Shown: one piece after another, positions 29,602 through 40,112 of the stretch
Layout: each line of letters begins with the position of its first letter
How positions within the stretch are numbered: the stretch's first letter is position 1
Source: Candidatus Hydrothermales bacterium
Lineage (GTDB): Bacteria; Hydrothermota; Hydrothermia; Hydrothermales; JAJRUZ01
NCBI GenBank assembly: GCA_039630575.1
Contig: JBCNUW010000002.1
Span: forward strand, 1 to 64,000
Length of the DNA: 64,000 nucleotides
Reading direction: 5' to 3'
The notes under the pieces: generated by a model
What the model was told of the DNA's origin: nothing
The model's database searches: none
The model's input: only the letters and a program-made list of their open reading frames with translations
Position numbers and translations under genes: made by a program

Positions 29602-30033
29602 TTATTTTTTTCTAAATCTAATACCGTATAAAAGTAAGAGAAAAATTATTAAATTTCTAAAAATTGAATAGATCCCTATCTCTTCCTCCTTTCCAAATAT
29701 TTCGAAGCAGCCACACTCAAAAATTCTACCACTAACAAAAGCATAAGTAATAGCCAATGTAAATATAAAAATAAGTTTTATCAGTACAAGATAGGCACCC
29801 TTTTTAAGAATACCAAAAATTAAAAAAATACCTGAAAAAAGTTCAAGAAAAGGAACTGTTAATGAGAATAAGTTTATAAAATATGATGGTAATATTCCAT
29901 ACTTTGCAACAGTAAGAGCAAATTCGTGTATATTTTTCAGCTTTATGTAGCCAGAGTATACAAAAAGTAAACCCAAAAAAATCTCTAAAAGTATTAATAA
30001 GTACAAATTATGTTTTTTAAAAATTTCTCTCAA
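29602..30033 (-). CDS. MauE/DoxX family membrane protein
   Basis: GLLFVYSGYIKL, VPFLELFSG, ECGCF, IFRNL. Start uncertain (TTG 30033, ATG 30060 or 30069). Confidence 0.82.
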   Translation of the reverse strand: MREIFKKHNLYLLILLEIFLGLLFVYSGYIKLKNIHEFALTVAKYGILPSYFINLFSLTVPFLELFSGIFLIFGILKKGAYLVLIKLIFIFTLAITYAFVSGRIFECGCFEIFGKEEEIGIYSIFRNLIIFLLLLYGIRFRKK

Positions 30034-30484
30034 TGGGATAATTCTTTCTTTTCCAGTCATCAAATCCACCTATATAAATCATTAAATCTTTTAGACCAAG
30101 TTCCTTTAGAATTTCTGAGACTTTAAAGGAAAGTTCACAAAATCCTCCCTCACAATAAACAACAATTTTTCTTTGAGTATCAATTTTATCTACAAATTTC
30201 AAGGGGTTTGAATAAAACTCACTGTAGGGAAAATTTATTGCTCCGTCTATATGACCTTTTACGTATTCATCTTTTTCTCTGGCATCTATTAAAAAAACTT
30301 CATTCTTTTTTAATAAATTAAAAAGCTTTTCTGAATCTATAAATTTTATTTCTGGGTATTTTTTCGAATATAGAAAAATTTCTAAATTTTTAGGGAAAAG
30401 CGGTATTTTTTTATAATATGAAAATCCTATTGCAGCTAAAACAGAGAGAAAAAAAATAACTGTTGACTGTAAAAAAATGTTCAT
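30017..30484 (-). CDS. Membrane-anchored rhodanese-domain protein
   Basis: LIDARE...YVKGHIDGAINFP, VVYCEGGFC, YIGGFDDW; ATG at 30484 avoids overlap with the rhomboid gene. Confidence 0.88.
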   Translation of the reverse strand: MNIFLQSTVIFFLSVLAAIGFSYYKKIPLFPKNLEIFLYSKKYPEIKFIDSEKLFNLLKKNEVFLIDAREKDEYVKGHIDGAINFPYSEFYSNPLKFVDKIDTQRKIVVYCEGGFCELSFKVSEILKELGLKDLMIYIGGFDDWKRKNYPIERNF

Positions 30485-30488
30485 AATT

Positions 30489-31151
30489 TTAAAAAAAATA
30501 ATTTCTTTTTTTAAAGTATAACTTTGCAACGATAACACCGAAGATGAATCCACCGATATGTGCCAAAAAAGCAATATTTGTAAAGGGTGCACCGAGTGAA
30601 AGTAGTGAATTAAAAAATTGGGAAATTATCCAAAAACCTAAAAAAATAAAGGCAGGAATTGGAACAATATCCCAAAAGAAAAAGTAAAAAACAAGCGTTT
30701 TAATTCTTGAAAAAGGGAAAAGGACAAAATAAAATCCCATAACACCTGATATAGCACCTGAAGCCCCTATCATTGGCACATTTGAATTCATATGAAAAAG
30801 AGTTTCTAAAAGAGTACCAGCTATACCTGCACAGATGAAAAATGTAGGAAACCAAAAGAACCCAAGAATATCCTCCACATTATCTCCAAAAATATGGAGA
30901 TAAAGCATGTTAAAAATAAAATGTGCCCAACCACCATGAAGAAAAATTGAAGTTATAAATGTTGGTAACCTATTGAAAGGATCCTTAAAAAATTCACTTG
31001 CAACAAAACCATTTTTGTAAATGAAAATATCTCTGTCAGGAATAGGTAAAACAAGCTCATAGAGAAATATTAAAAAACAAGTTATTATTATTGAATAAGT
31101 CCAAAATGGAAATCTCCTTGAAGGAATGTTATCTTTTAAGGGTAAAATCAT
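30489..31151 (-). CDS. Rhomboid family intramembrane serine protease
   Basis: FLHGGWAHFIFNM, FGDNVED, GASGAISG, AHIGGF. Confidence 0.93.
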   Translation of the reverse strand: MILPLKDNIPSRRFPFWTYSIIITCFLIFLYELVLPIPDRDIFIYKNGFVASEFFKDPFNRLPTFITSIFLHGGWAHFIFNMLYLHIFGDNVEDILGFFWFPTFFICAGIAGTLLETLFHMNSNVPMIGASGAISGVMGFYFVLFPFSRIKTLVFYFFFWDIVPIPAFIFLGFWIISQFFNSLLSLGAPFTNIAFLAHIGGFIFGVIVAKLYFKKRNYFF

Positions 31152-32461
31152 TCCACCAAACTGTAAATGATTGTTCTCTCAGAAGGTTTTTCTATATTAA
31201 AATCAAGAGAATTTAAAAGAAGTTTTTTAGCTTCTTCTACTTTATTTTCACTGTTTGTTCTAATTTCAAAAATTTTCTCACCCTTTTTTACATAAGATCC
31301 AGTTTTTTTATGTAAAATTATTCCTGCAACGGGGTCAATTTTATCTTCCTTTTTAAGTCTTCCAGCACCGAGTATTCTTGCTGCCTCACCAACAATTTTT
31401 GCATCAATTTTTGATATATAGCCTTCTATTTCTGCCTCAACAAATTCTATGTATTTTGCCCTTATAAAATTATCTATCTTCAAAAATTCAATCTCCTCAA
31501 CTAATCCACCATGGGCTTTTACCATATCAAAAAATTTTTTTAAAGCTTTACCATTTTTTCTCAAGTTATCTACCATTTCTTTACCAAGGTCTCTGTCACT
31601 TATTTTCTCACCAATTAAAAGTAACTCTGCTGCAAGGCTTTTAACTACTTCATCAAGATCTTTTATCTCTGCACCGTTAAGATAAAAGATAGTTTCCATT
31701 ATTTCAATTCTATTTCCAGCTGTGTAGCCAAGTGGTTCATTCATATCTGTTATAAGAGCTTTTGCTTTAACACCCATTTTATTTGACACATTAACAAGAG
31801 ACTTTGCTAACTTTTCTGCATCAGTGTAGTTTCTCATAAAGGCTCCTAACCCTGTTTTTACATCGAAGATTATTCCATCAAGATTTACAGAAAGTTTTTT
31901 TGAAAGGATACTTGCTGTAATTAAAGGAATGGAAGGAACTGTACCTGTTACATCTCTTATTGAATAGATTATTCTATCGGCTGGTGCAATTTCTTCGGTT
32001 TGTCCTATTATTGAACATCCAATTGTTTTAACAATTTTTCTAAATTCTTCTATAGTTAAATCGGTTTTATAACCTGGTATTGACTCAAGTTTATCAACAG
32101 TTCCTCCGGTGTGCCCGAGGGCTCTTCCTGAAATCATAGGAATATAAACTCCAAGGGATGCCATTATGGGTGCTAATGCAAGAGAAACTTTATCACCTAC
32201 TCCACCTGTTGAATGTTTATCAAGTAAAGGATGAACAGAGAGTATATCAATAGTTTTACCTGAATCTCTCATTGATTTTGTTAAAAAGAAAGTCTCTTCA
32301 TCATTTAGACCTTGAAAGAAGATAGCCATTAAGAGGGCAGAGATCTGATAGTCTGGTATTTTTCCTTTGATAACTCCTTCAACAAAGAATTCTATCTCTT
32401 CTTTATTTAAAATTTTACCGTCTCTTTTTTTCTCAATAATTCTTAGGATGTTAGGTTCCAT
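31148..32461 (-). CDS. pdp: Pyrimidine-nucleoside/thymidine phosphorylase
   Basis: KKRDG, DKHSTGGVGDK, SGRALGHTGGTVDKLESIPG, ASILSKK. Confidence 0.93.
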   Translation of the reverse strand: MEPNILRIIEKKRDGKILNKEEIEFFVEGVIKGKIPDYQISALLMAIFFQGLNDEETFFLTKSMRDSGKTIDILSVHPLLDKHSTGGVGDKVSLALAPIMASLGVYIPMISGRALGHTGGTVDKLESIPGYKTDLTIEEFRKIVKTIGCSIIGQTEEIAPADRIIYSIRDVTGTVPSIPLITASILSKKLSVNLDGIIFDVKTGLGAFMRNYTDAEKLAKSLVNVSNKMGVKAKALITDMNEPLGYTAGNRIEIMETIFYLNGAEIKDLDEVVKSLAAELLLIGEKISDRDLGKEMVDNLRKNGKALKKFFDMVKAHGGLVEEIEFLKIDNFIRAKYIEFVEAEIEGYISKIDAKIVGEAARILGAGRLKKEDKIDPVAGIILHKKTGSYVKKGEKIFEIRTNSENKVEEAKKLLLNSLDFNIEKPSERTIIYSLVE

Positions 32462-33639
32462 TTTTTAGATAGAGCTTTAAGTGCCCTTATTAAGTTTTCT
32501 TCTTTTAAAAGAAGGATGATTCCGGGTTTAGAAGAAAAAATTGCATAAACGTGGATACCTATTTTTTCTAATTCTTCAAGGGATTTTTCAAGTATTAAGG
32601 GAGAGTCTCCTATTCCATAACCAACAAGTGTTAAAGTTCCCATATTTTTAATAATTTTTATTTTGAAGGGTTTATATATATTTTCGATTTCATTTATAAT
32701 TTTTTTATGGATTTTATTTTTTGTTTCAACAGCAAAGGTAAGATCAACACCTTTTTCTTTTCTAATACCGTGTGTGAAAAATAAAACATTTATGTTATTT
32801 TCATTTAAGAACTTGGCTATTTGAGGTATATTCATATTTTCTTTTACTTTTTCAAGTAAAATAACAGATAGACCTTTTTTAATTACAATAGCTTTTACAT
32901 ATGGTGTTTCAATAGCCTCATTTTCTATTAATGTGAAGTTGTTGCTATTCATTTTTTTTATATAAAATTTTAAGTTATGCTTCATTCCCAATGCTACAGC
33001 TCTTGGATTTAAGACTTCTGCTCCGTATTCTGAGAGAAAGAGCATCTCTTCAAAGGATATTTTTTTTATTCTTTTAGAATTTTTTATTATTTTAGGTGGT
33101 AAAGCATATATGCCATCTACATCTTTATAAAAAATTACATCCTTTGCTTTCAAAAATACTGCCAAAGCTGCTGCTGTTAGGTCTGATCCTCCTCTTCCAA
33201 GAGTAGTTATTTCTTTTTCTGTACTTACGCCTTGGAATCCAGCTATAATTGGTATTTGGCCCTTTTCCATTGTTTCGAGAATTCTTTTCCCTCTTATTTC
33301 TAAAATATGTGCTGAGCTGTGCTTTGAATCAGTTAATATACCTGCCTGTGAACCAGTCAGTGATCTTGAGTTTATATTTCTTTCTCTTAGTGACAAAGAA
33401 AATAGAGCCATCGCTATTCTTTCTCCTGCTGAAAGTAACATATCTAATTCTCTTTTATCAGGATTTTTTGTAATTTTTTCAGAAAGTTTCAAAAGTTCAT
33501 CAGTTGTATTTCCCATAGCAGATACAACAATTACAGGTTTTGTTCCATTTTTTATTTCCTTTTCAACCTCAAGTGTGGCAAATTTAATTTTTCTTATGTT
33601 TTTCAAAACTTCTCCACCAAATTTTAAGATTTTAATCAC
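32443..33639 (-). CDS. lysC: Aspartate kinase
   Basis: KFGG, VVSAMG, AGFQG, TTLGRGGSD, DVDGIY, C-terminal ACT domains. Confidence 0.92.
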   Translation of the reverse strand: MIKILKFGGEVLKNIRKIKFATLEVEKEIKNGTKPVIVVSAMGNTTDELLKLSEKITKNPDKRELDMLLSAGERIAMALFSLSLRERNINSRSLTGSQAGILTDSKHSSAHILEIRGKRILETMEKGQIPIIAGFQGVSTEKEITTLGRGGSDLTAAALAVFLKAKDVIFYKDVDGIYALPPKIIKNSKRIKKISFEEMLFLSEYGAEVLNPRAVALGMKHNLKFYIKKMNSNNFTLIENEAIETPYVKAIVIKKGLSVILLEKVKENMNIPQIAKFLNENNINVLFFTHGIRKEKGVDLTFAVETKNKIHKKIINEIENIYKPFKIKIIKNMGTLTLVGYGIGDSPLILEKSLEELEKIGIHVYAIFSSKPGIILLLKEENLIRALKALSKKWNLTS

Positions 33640-34775
33640 TTCTGGTAAAATTCTTTGAGTCTTTTAATTGCCTCGTTAAGTTTATCATCACTTAATGTTA
33701 TGCTAAATCTTATAAAACCTTTTCCTTGTTTTCCAAAGCCTTCGCCTGGCAAAGTTAATACTCTTTTTTTCTTAATTAACTCTATAGAAAATTCATAACT
33801 TGAGTAATTTTCTGGTTTTGCCCATATGTAGAAGGTAGTTTGGGAATCAAAAAAATTAATACCTATTTCTAAGAGAGCCTCTTTTAATTTTTTTCTCCTT
33901 TCTTTATATTTTTCTCTTAATGGTTTATTGATTCTTTCGTAATTTAAAAGCGCGTATTCAGCTGCTTTCTGTATTGCTCCAAACTGGCAGTTATCAATAA
34001 CAGTTTTAAATTTAGCAAGATTTTGAATTATTCTTTCATCACCGCAGGCAAAGGCAATTCTCCAACCTGTCATGCTGAATGTTTTAGAAAGTGAGTTAAA
34101 TTCAATAGTGTTTCTTTTACTAACATTCAAAAGTGAAATGGGTTCTTTTTCTTCGTATATTTCAGCATAGCAAAGATCATTAACAAGGGCAAAGTTATAT
34201 TTTTTTGATAATTTTGATGCTTCAGTAAAGAAGTCAAAATTGGCTTCTGCACCTGTTGGGTTATTTGGATAGTTAAGATACATAACCCTTGTTTTCTCTA
34301 AAACTGAAGTAGGTATTTTAGTTAGAAGTGGAAGAAAGTTATTTTTTTCTTTTAATGGCATTTTATATATGATTCCTCCTGCCATTTTTGATGCAAGCTC
34401 ATAGGCTGGATAGGATGGATCAGGAACAAGTGAGTAAGTGTTTTCATCGATTAGTGTAAAGGCAAGGTGTGAAAGTCCTTCTTTTGACCCTATTAAGACA
34501 AGAATTTCTTCCTCTTTTAATTTAACATCAAATCTTTTTTTGTAATAGTTTTTTATTGCTTCTTTAAGAAATTTAAAGCCTTGGTAAGGTGGGTATCGGT
34601 GAAATATAGGATTTTTAGATTCTTTAATTAGAATTTCTATAATTTCATCAGGTGTAGGTATATCAGGGTCCCCAACTCCCATGTCAATTAAATCTTCTTT
34701 GTATTTTGCCTTTAATTTATCTATTTCTTCAAAGAAATAAAGTGGAAATTGTTTTATTCTATTAGAAAATTTCAT
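33636..34775 (-). CDS. PLP class I/II aminotransferase, probably LL-diaminopimelate aminotransferase
   Basis: MGVGDPD, IGSKEG, LNYPNNPTGA, SLSKTFSMTGWR; coupled to lysC. Confidence 0.82.
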   Translation of the reverse strand: MKFSNRIKQFPLYFFEEIDKLKAKYKEDLIDMGVGDPDIPTPDEIIEILIKESKNPIFHRYPPYQGFKFLKEAIKNYYKKRFDVKLKEEEILVLIGSKEGLSHLAFTLIDENTYSLVPDPSYPAYELASKMAGGIIYKMPLKEKNNFLPLLTKIPTSVLEKTRVMYLNYPNNPTGAEANFDFFTEASKLSKKYNFALVNDLCYAEIYEEKEPISLLNVSKRNTIEFNSLSKTFSMTGWRIAFACGDERIIQNLAKFKTVIDNCQFGAIQKAAEYALLNYERINKPLREKYKERRKKLKEALLEIGINFFDSQTTFYIWAKPENYSSYEFSIELIKKKRVLTLPGEGFGKQGKGFIRFSITLSDDKLNEAIKRLKEFYQK

Positions 34776-34790
34776 AATTTATTTTAAGTT

Positions 34791-35564
34791 TTACTGTTTT
34801 ATTTTTTCTTTAATAATTATTTCGGTTGGTAAGGTGGAGTTAATTATATCGAAGGCACTTTCCATATTTGAAGCGATCTCTACAAATCCGAAGCTTCCCC
34901 TTAAAAATAGAAGTTCTCCCCTTTTTACATCTGCGTAGGTTCTTTTTGGTCCTTCAATTACAAAGTTATTTATTTTTAAAACATAGTTTACTTTTTCAAT
35001 GAGCCATTCATTGGGAATATCTGTTAAGATATTACCGAATTTATCTTTTAAAATTGCTTTTCCTTTTATTTCATTTTGGGTTCTTATAGGTTCTTTAATT
35101 TCAAAAATTTTAGGGTTTTCTAATTTTTTAAGGGCTTTTAAAATAAATGGTGTATTAGAGATTTTTGTTGCCCATATAGAAAAGTAGTCTCTTGCATGGA
35201 ATGTAGGTGACGCTTTTTCAGGTGGTGGGGGCAGCTCATAAGCTGTTCCTCCCTTTTTTATGAGTAAAGTGAATATTCCATTATCAGGTCCAACAAAAAA
35301 TCTATTTTCAAAAAAAAGAACAAGTCCTTTTCTTTCAGTTCCAACAGTTGGATCAACGATGCAGAGAAATACTGTTTCTTCAGGATAATCTCGATATAGA
35401 AAGTAAATCCAGTAAATAGAGGAAAATATGTTAAAATTTTCGATATCGTGGAAGACATCTATTATACTTACTTTTTCATTTGAAAGAGATTCTATTTTAG
35501 CTTTTACTGAACCTATATAGGGTGAGTTGTACCCAAAGTCTGTGATAAGTGCAATTATTTTCAT
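34791..35564 (-). CDS. SAM hydroxide adenosyltransferase / chlorinase-fluorinase family (DUF62)
   Basis: LITDFG, VDPTVGTER, FVGPDNG, SPTFHARD, DKFGN, GFVEIA. Confidence 0.9.
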   Translation of the reverse strand: MKIIALITDFGYNSPYIGSVKAKIESLSNEKVSIIDVFHDIENFNIFSSIYWIYFLYRDYPEETVFLCIVDPTVGTERKGLVLFFENRFFVGPDNGIFTLLIKKGGTAYELPPPPEKASPTFHARDYFSIWATKISNTPFILKALKKLENPKIFEIKEPIRTQNEIKGKAILKDKFGNILTDIPNEWLIEKVNYVLKINNFVIEGPKRTYADVKRGELLFLRGSFGFVEIASNMESAFDIINSTLPTEIIIKEKIKQ

Positions 35565-35605
35565 AAGTTTGATTTTTATTATTTTTAAAATTATAATTAA
35601 AAGGT

Positions 35606-36643
35606 ATGAAGATAAAAAATAAATTAATTACTTTTTTGCTTATACCTTTTTTTCTTTTTTCATCAGCTAATGATGCTGCAGTTGTATTTTTAACGATTTT
35701 TCCTGGTGCAAGGGCAGTGGGTATGGGTGCTGCTTTTACAGCTGTCTCTGATGATGCTACCTGTACCTTTTATAATCCTGGTGGATTGCCTTTTATAAAG
35801 AATCTTGAGGTTTCGCTTCAGCATTCAAACTGGTTGACAGGGTTATGGCCAGATATGTATTATGAATTTTTTGGTTTTGTAAATCCACTTGGTGAGATGG
35901 GTGTTATAGGCGGGAATATTATTTATTTAACTACAGGAGAGACAGAAGCTTATGTTGAGGGTAGTGATGCACCTATTGCAAGGTTTGTAAATTTTGATTT
36001 TGCAGTTACTTTGAATTATGGTTATAAAGTTTTCAAGGATTTAGGTTTGGGAGTAGGAGCAAAGTTTGTGTACTCTTTTCTTGCACCTGATTGGCTTGTT
36101 AAAAGGGTTTTCCCTGAATCTGGAGGAGGTGGAACTGGAATGACTTATGCTTTTGATTTTGGGCTTCTTTATAAATTGACTTTTTCTCAGGAAGTGCAAA
36201 TTTTACCAGGTATGTCTTTTGGACTTTCTCTTTTAAATATTGGTCCTGGAATAAGATATACAAGGAAAGGTGGAGGAGAGGATCCTCTTCCAAGGACATT
36301 AAAGATTGGTATTGCTTTACCGCTTTATAGTTCAGATGCTATAAAGTTGACGGTTTCCTCAGATATAACAAAGATTCTTGTTAAAATATTTGAGGATTGG
36401 GAAGAAAAAGGGTTTAGGTATGTTTGGACAGAGGCTTGGAAGCACTATGGGTTAGAACTTACTTACTATGACTTTGTTTCAATGAGGGGTGGCTATTTTT
36501 TAGACATAGAGGGAGCAAGAATAGGATTTATGTTTGGAGGTGGTATTAAGCTTGGTAAATTTTTCTTCGATATAGGTGTCGATTCTCCTATTTACGATTT
36601 TGAGACTGAAAATTATAGGTTTTCATTGAGATATGTTTTTTAA
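35606..36643 (+). CDS. PorV family outer-membrane protein (T9SS shuttle)
   Basis: FLTIFPGARAVGMGAAFTAVSDDA...YNPGGL, HSNWL, DFGLLY, NIGPGI, DPLPRTL, ends YRFSLRYVF. Confidence 0.85.
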   Translation: MKIKNKLITFLLIPFFLFSSANDAAVVFLTIFPGARAVGMGAAFTAVSDDATCTFYNPGGLPFIKNLEVSLQHSNWLTGLWPDMYYEFFGFVNPLGEMGVIGGNIIYLTTGETEAYVEGSDAPIARFVNFDFAVTLNYGYKVFKDLGLGVGAKFVYSFLAPDWLVKRVFPESGGGGTGMTYAFDFGLLYKLTFSQEVQILPGMSFGLSLLNIGPGIRYTRKGGGEDPLPRTLKIGIALPLYSSDAIKLTVSSDITKILVKIFEDWEEKGFRYVWTEAWKHYGLELTYYDFVSMRGGYFLDIEGARIGFMFGGGIKLGKFFFDIGVDSPIYDFETENYRFSLRYVF

Positions 36644-37638
36644 ACTTAAGGCTATAAGCTTGAAATAGTTGAAAGATTGAATAACGAATATGTAGGTTTT
36701 GAGAGGAATTTTGATCGGATTTAAAAATTTTAGACTAAACTTCTCAATGGCCTTTTCCTAATAGCAAATAGGGATATAATAAAAAATGGTTTAAGTTATA
36801 TAATTTATAAATCTACGGATTCTAAAAAAGAAAAGTGAAGATATAAAATCTTTGACGCCTTGTCTGATTATCAAATTATTATTTACTTTAATTTCCTTAA
36901 TTAATTTTAGGATTTCTGTTTACAAAAAAGTTGGATTAAAAAATTCATAGCCAAAATTTGATTAATTATGGAAATATGGCATCAATGTGAAATTCTGGAT
37001 ATGCTGATGTTTTTACTCTAAAATTTGAAAGGCTTTATTTGCAGAAAATTCTGGTTTAGTTCCAAACATAGACACTTAAATTTTACAATTTCCCTTTTCT
37101 TTAAAAAACTTACAAAATTAAACGAAAATTTTACTTTATAATCTCGGGGTAATATAGTTTACTTTGTACTATCTTTTTACTTCCTAATAACATTTTATAT
37201 AAAAAAATTCAAAAATGTTTTTTTATTTATGGTGGCAAAAATGTTTGATACATTTAAAATGTTAAAGTTAAGTTATCATTAAATTTATTTTGAAAAATTT
37301 AAGTATGTATACTTTTATAAATTGTAAAAGAACTTCTTTTGATAAATTAAAGGTCATAAATATAAGCACACAAATGATATTTTAAAAGAAAATACAATCA
37401 GAATTCCACAAAAAAGTTGAGAAATTAATGGATTAAAGTGGATGGGGTAATTAAAATTTGGAGTGATTTTGAGACAATTAATACCAACTTCTGATTAGAA
37501 AGTTTTAGTAAAATGAAGGATACGAAAATGAAGAGAAATAAACAGAAATAACACTTGATCTTGCTATCAAGGATATTCTAAGTATGAAATATTAAATTTT
37601 TTTAAAAAGTAAGTTATAATAAAAATTAATATTTAGTA

Positions 37639-38367
37639 ATGGAGTTTACACTTGCAATAATCAATATCTATCATATGGGTGAAAGTGGCAAACATGTTAT
37701 TAATGTTGAAAATAATGATGATATATTATCTTCTAAAAGACAAGTGGAGATTGAAGAGTTGGTTAATAAACTTGCAAGCTACAAACCAACAAAAATATTT
37801 ATAGAGGTACTTCCAGAAAAAGAGAAAGAGTGGAACGAAAAATACAATAACTACTTGAATGGTAAACTTGAGCTTGATAGAAATGAAATTGAGCAAGTTG
37901 GATTTAGACTTGCTAAGATACTTGGACATAAAAGATTATACGGTATTGATGATTTTAATGAAGAGTTTGATTGGGGTGAAAGTTTTGAGAACCCCTTTGA
38001 AAAATATAAAAATGATAAAGAATTAAAAAATTTATTGAAAAAAGGTGAAAGAAAATCTCAAAAAGAAATTAAAATTTTGAAAGAAAAAGGAGTAATTGGG
38101 TTTATCAGGTATTTAAATAGTCCTAAATATATGAAGGAGGATAATGAATTTTATATAGAGATTGCAAAAATAAGAAGAGAGTTTGCTTTATGGGTTAAGT
38201 GGTGGTATGGCAGAAACTTTAATATATTCCGAAACATTCTTAATAAAGCTCAAAATGGGGATAAAATTTTAGTTATCATAGGAGCAGGACATGGTTATTT
38301 TTTAAGAGAGATAAGCAAAAAATATAAAGGAGTAAGATTGATAGATATAAGAAAATATCTAAAGTAA
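37639..38367 (+). CDS. DUF5694-like (TraB/Tiki-related) protein
   Basis: YHM, RQVEIEEL..KL..YKPTKIFIE, RNEIEQVGFRLA, WYGRN..IF.NI, LVIIGAGH. Confidence 0.75.
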   Translation: MEFTLAIINIYHMGESGKHVINVENNDDILSSKRQVEIEELVNKLASYKPTKIFIEVLPEKEKEWNEKYNNYLNGKLELDRNEIEQVGFRLAKILGHKRLYGIDDFNEEFDWGESFENPFEKYKNDKELKNLLKKGERKSQKEIKILKEKGVIGFIRYLNSPKYMKEDNEFYIEIAKIRREFALWVKWWYGRNFNIFRNILNKAQNGDKILVIIGAGHGYFLREISKKYKGVRLIDIRKYLK

Positions 38368-38620
38368 AAAAATTACTAAGGTTTGTATAAAAGAGTATTT
38401 TTGCGCTGTGTTTTCTATGTTATTCTGAGTTTTAATTTTTTTATTTTGCTCTTGCCTAAAATTTTTTGCTTTTTAGTTTTTTTAAAAGGTTAAATTTTAT
38501 TGAGAATAAAAAAATTTTAACGTAAAAATTGCAAACATGGAAAAAAACACTGTAAGTTTAAAAGATGATTAATATCTGGAAAAGGGTATCTTTTTAGAAT
38601 GTTCTTTCTATCATAAGAAG

Positions 38621-39586
38621 TTAAAATGAAAAATTGAGAAAAATATTTAAAGGTGAAAACCATGCATTTCCAAATTTAATTCTTTTTTCCACTTCAATAA
38701 ACCTTGTATCAAATTTTACTCCTCCACCAAGCTTAAATTTTTAATCTCTTTTGTATAGCCTGAATAAATTTCAATTATATTCCGTGTGGGTTCTTCTTTA
38801 TAGTTAAAATAATTTCCGAGGGATAAAATTTGTTTGATAAAGAAAAGGTAAAAGAATTCCTATTTTTTTCATATTAATTATTAGGGATAATTCAGGTTTT
38901 AAACGGATATATTCATTCTCAAAAATTTCTGAACCACCAAATTTATTAAAAGGAAAATGAGAAATTAAAAAGAAAATTTTAAAATTATTTAAACTATAGT
39001 TTACTCCTGCCCTTACTGTAAAAGGTAAATTAGAGAAAGAATAAAAAGTTGTTGTTATTGAAAAAACCAAATAATCAAGCTTTGTTTTTTAAAATATTTT
39101 CTATTTCCCATATCAGTGCAAAAGGCATATTTTTTAAGTTTATAGTCTCTACTATATTTTATATACTCATCAAGTAAGGGATTATAGTGATAAAATATTT
39201 TTCCATTTAAAAAAAGATTGAATTTTTTATAAGATTAAAAGCAGTTTTACTTTTAAAAATTGTTGAAATTAATTTAAATGAATCTGAAAACAATCTTCTG
39301 TATACACCATCATTTCATTTTTAAAGTCCCCTTCTTTTGAATATACAAATTCTATAAATATGAATTTTTTATAAAAGGAGGAATAAAATAGATATTGGGT
39401 GTAATCATTCTAAAATGTATTAGATTCACCATTTTTAGTAATTACTTCCCAGTCATAAGAAAAATGTTCAAAGTAGACACTTAGAGGATTTTTTCTTTTA
39501 TAGAAAAACGAATCTCTCTAAATGAAATTGTATTGTCATAAAAAATAGAAAATTTTTGAAAATAAAATGATTAGAAATATTTTCAT
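38621..39586 (-). pseudogene. Fragmented outer-membrane beta-barrel gene
   Basis: ATG 39586 MKIFLIILFS then an early stop; barrel-like pieces in different frames (88-aa ORF 38804-39070); last piece KLGGGVKF...IFLNFSF* ends at 38621. Confidence 0.55.
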
Positions 39587-40112
39587 GATATAATTTTATT
39601 TTAAAAAATAATCAATTCACTTTTATTTCTGTAAAATTTAGACGAAGAAAGTATTTCTCATTTTATATTTTATTATAAAGTTTTTGTATTTATTGTATAA
39701 TTCCATACATTTTGGTCTTGTAGGGTTATTAAAGGAAAATTTTTATTCAATGAAGTGTGAGGTTTAAATTAGTATAAAATTTTTCTTTGTTTAATTAGGT
39801 TTTCGGAAATACCTTCTACAAAACATTTTTGTATAGTTCTAATGAATTTATCTCCAAGTTTTTGCATAAAAATATTATTGCTTATGGGTTTGGTTTTTCA
39901 TTTTTTTCTTTCAAGCATTTTATAACTTTTATGATAGCCAGATTCAGTAAGAAACTTCAAACTCTTTACAAAACCCATCAAGTAGCAACTTTTATTATCT
40001 TTCCTCTTCTTTGGAATATGTTGGGATAAATACTATCTATTTTCTTCTTATAAGCTTTTCTTATATTTTTAATTTAAATTGCTTTTTATTTTAAAAAAAC
40101 TTATAATAAGTG

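Noticed and set aside
34791..35564. Halogenase (fluorinase/chlorinase) biosynthetic cluster
   Set aside because: Housekeeping context; the widespread DUF62 SAM hydrolase is the simpler reading.
36650..36724. Fragment GYKLEIVERL resembling the RibA C-terminus
   Set aside because: Only about 10 similar residues and no upstream frame support.
39829..40029. 66-aa ORF or transposase remnant
   Set aside because: No recognisable motif on either strand.
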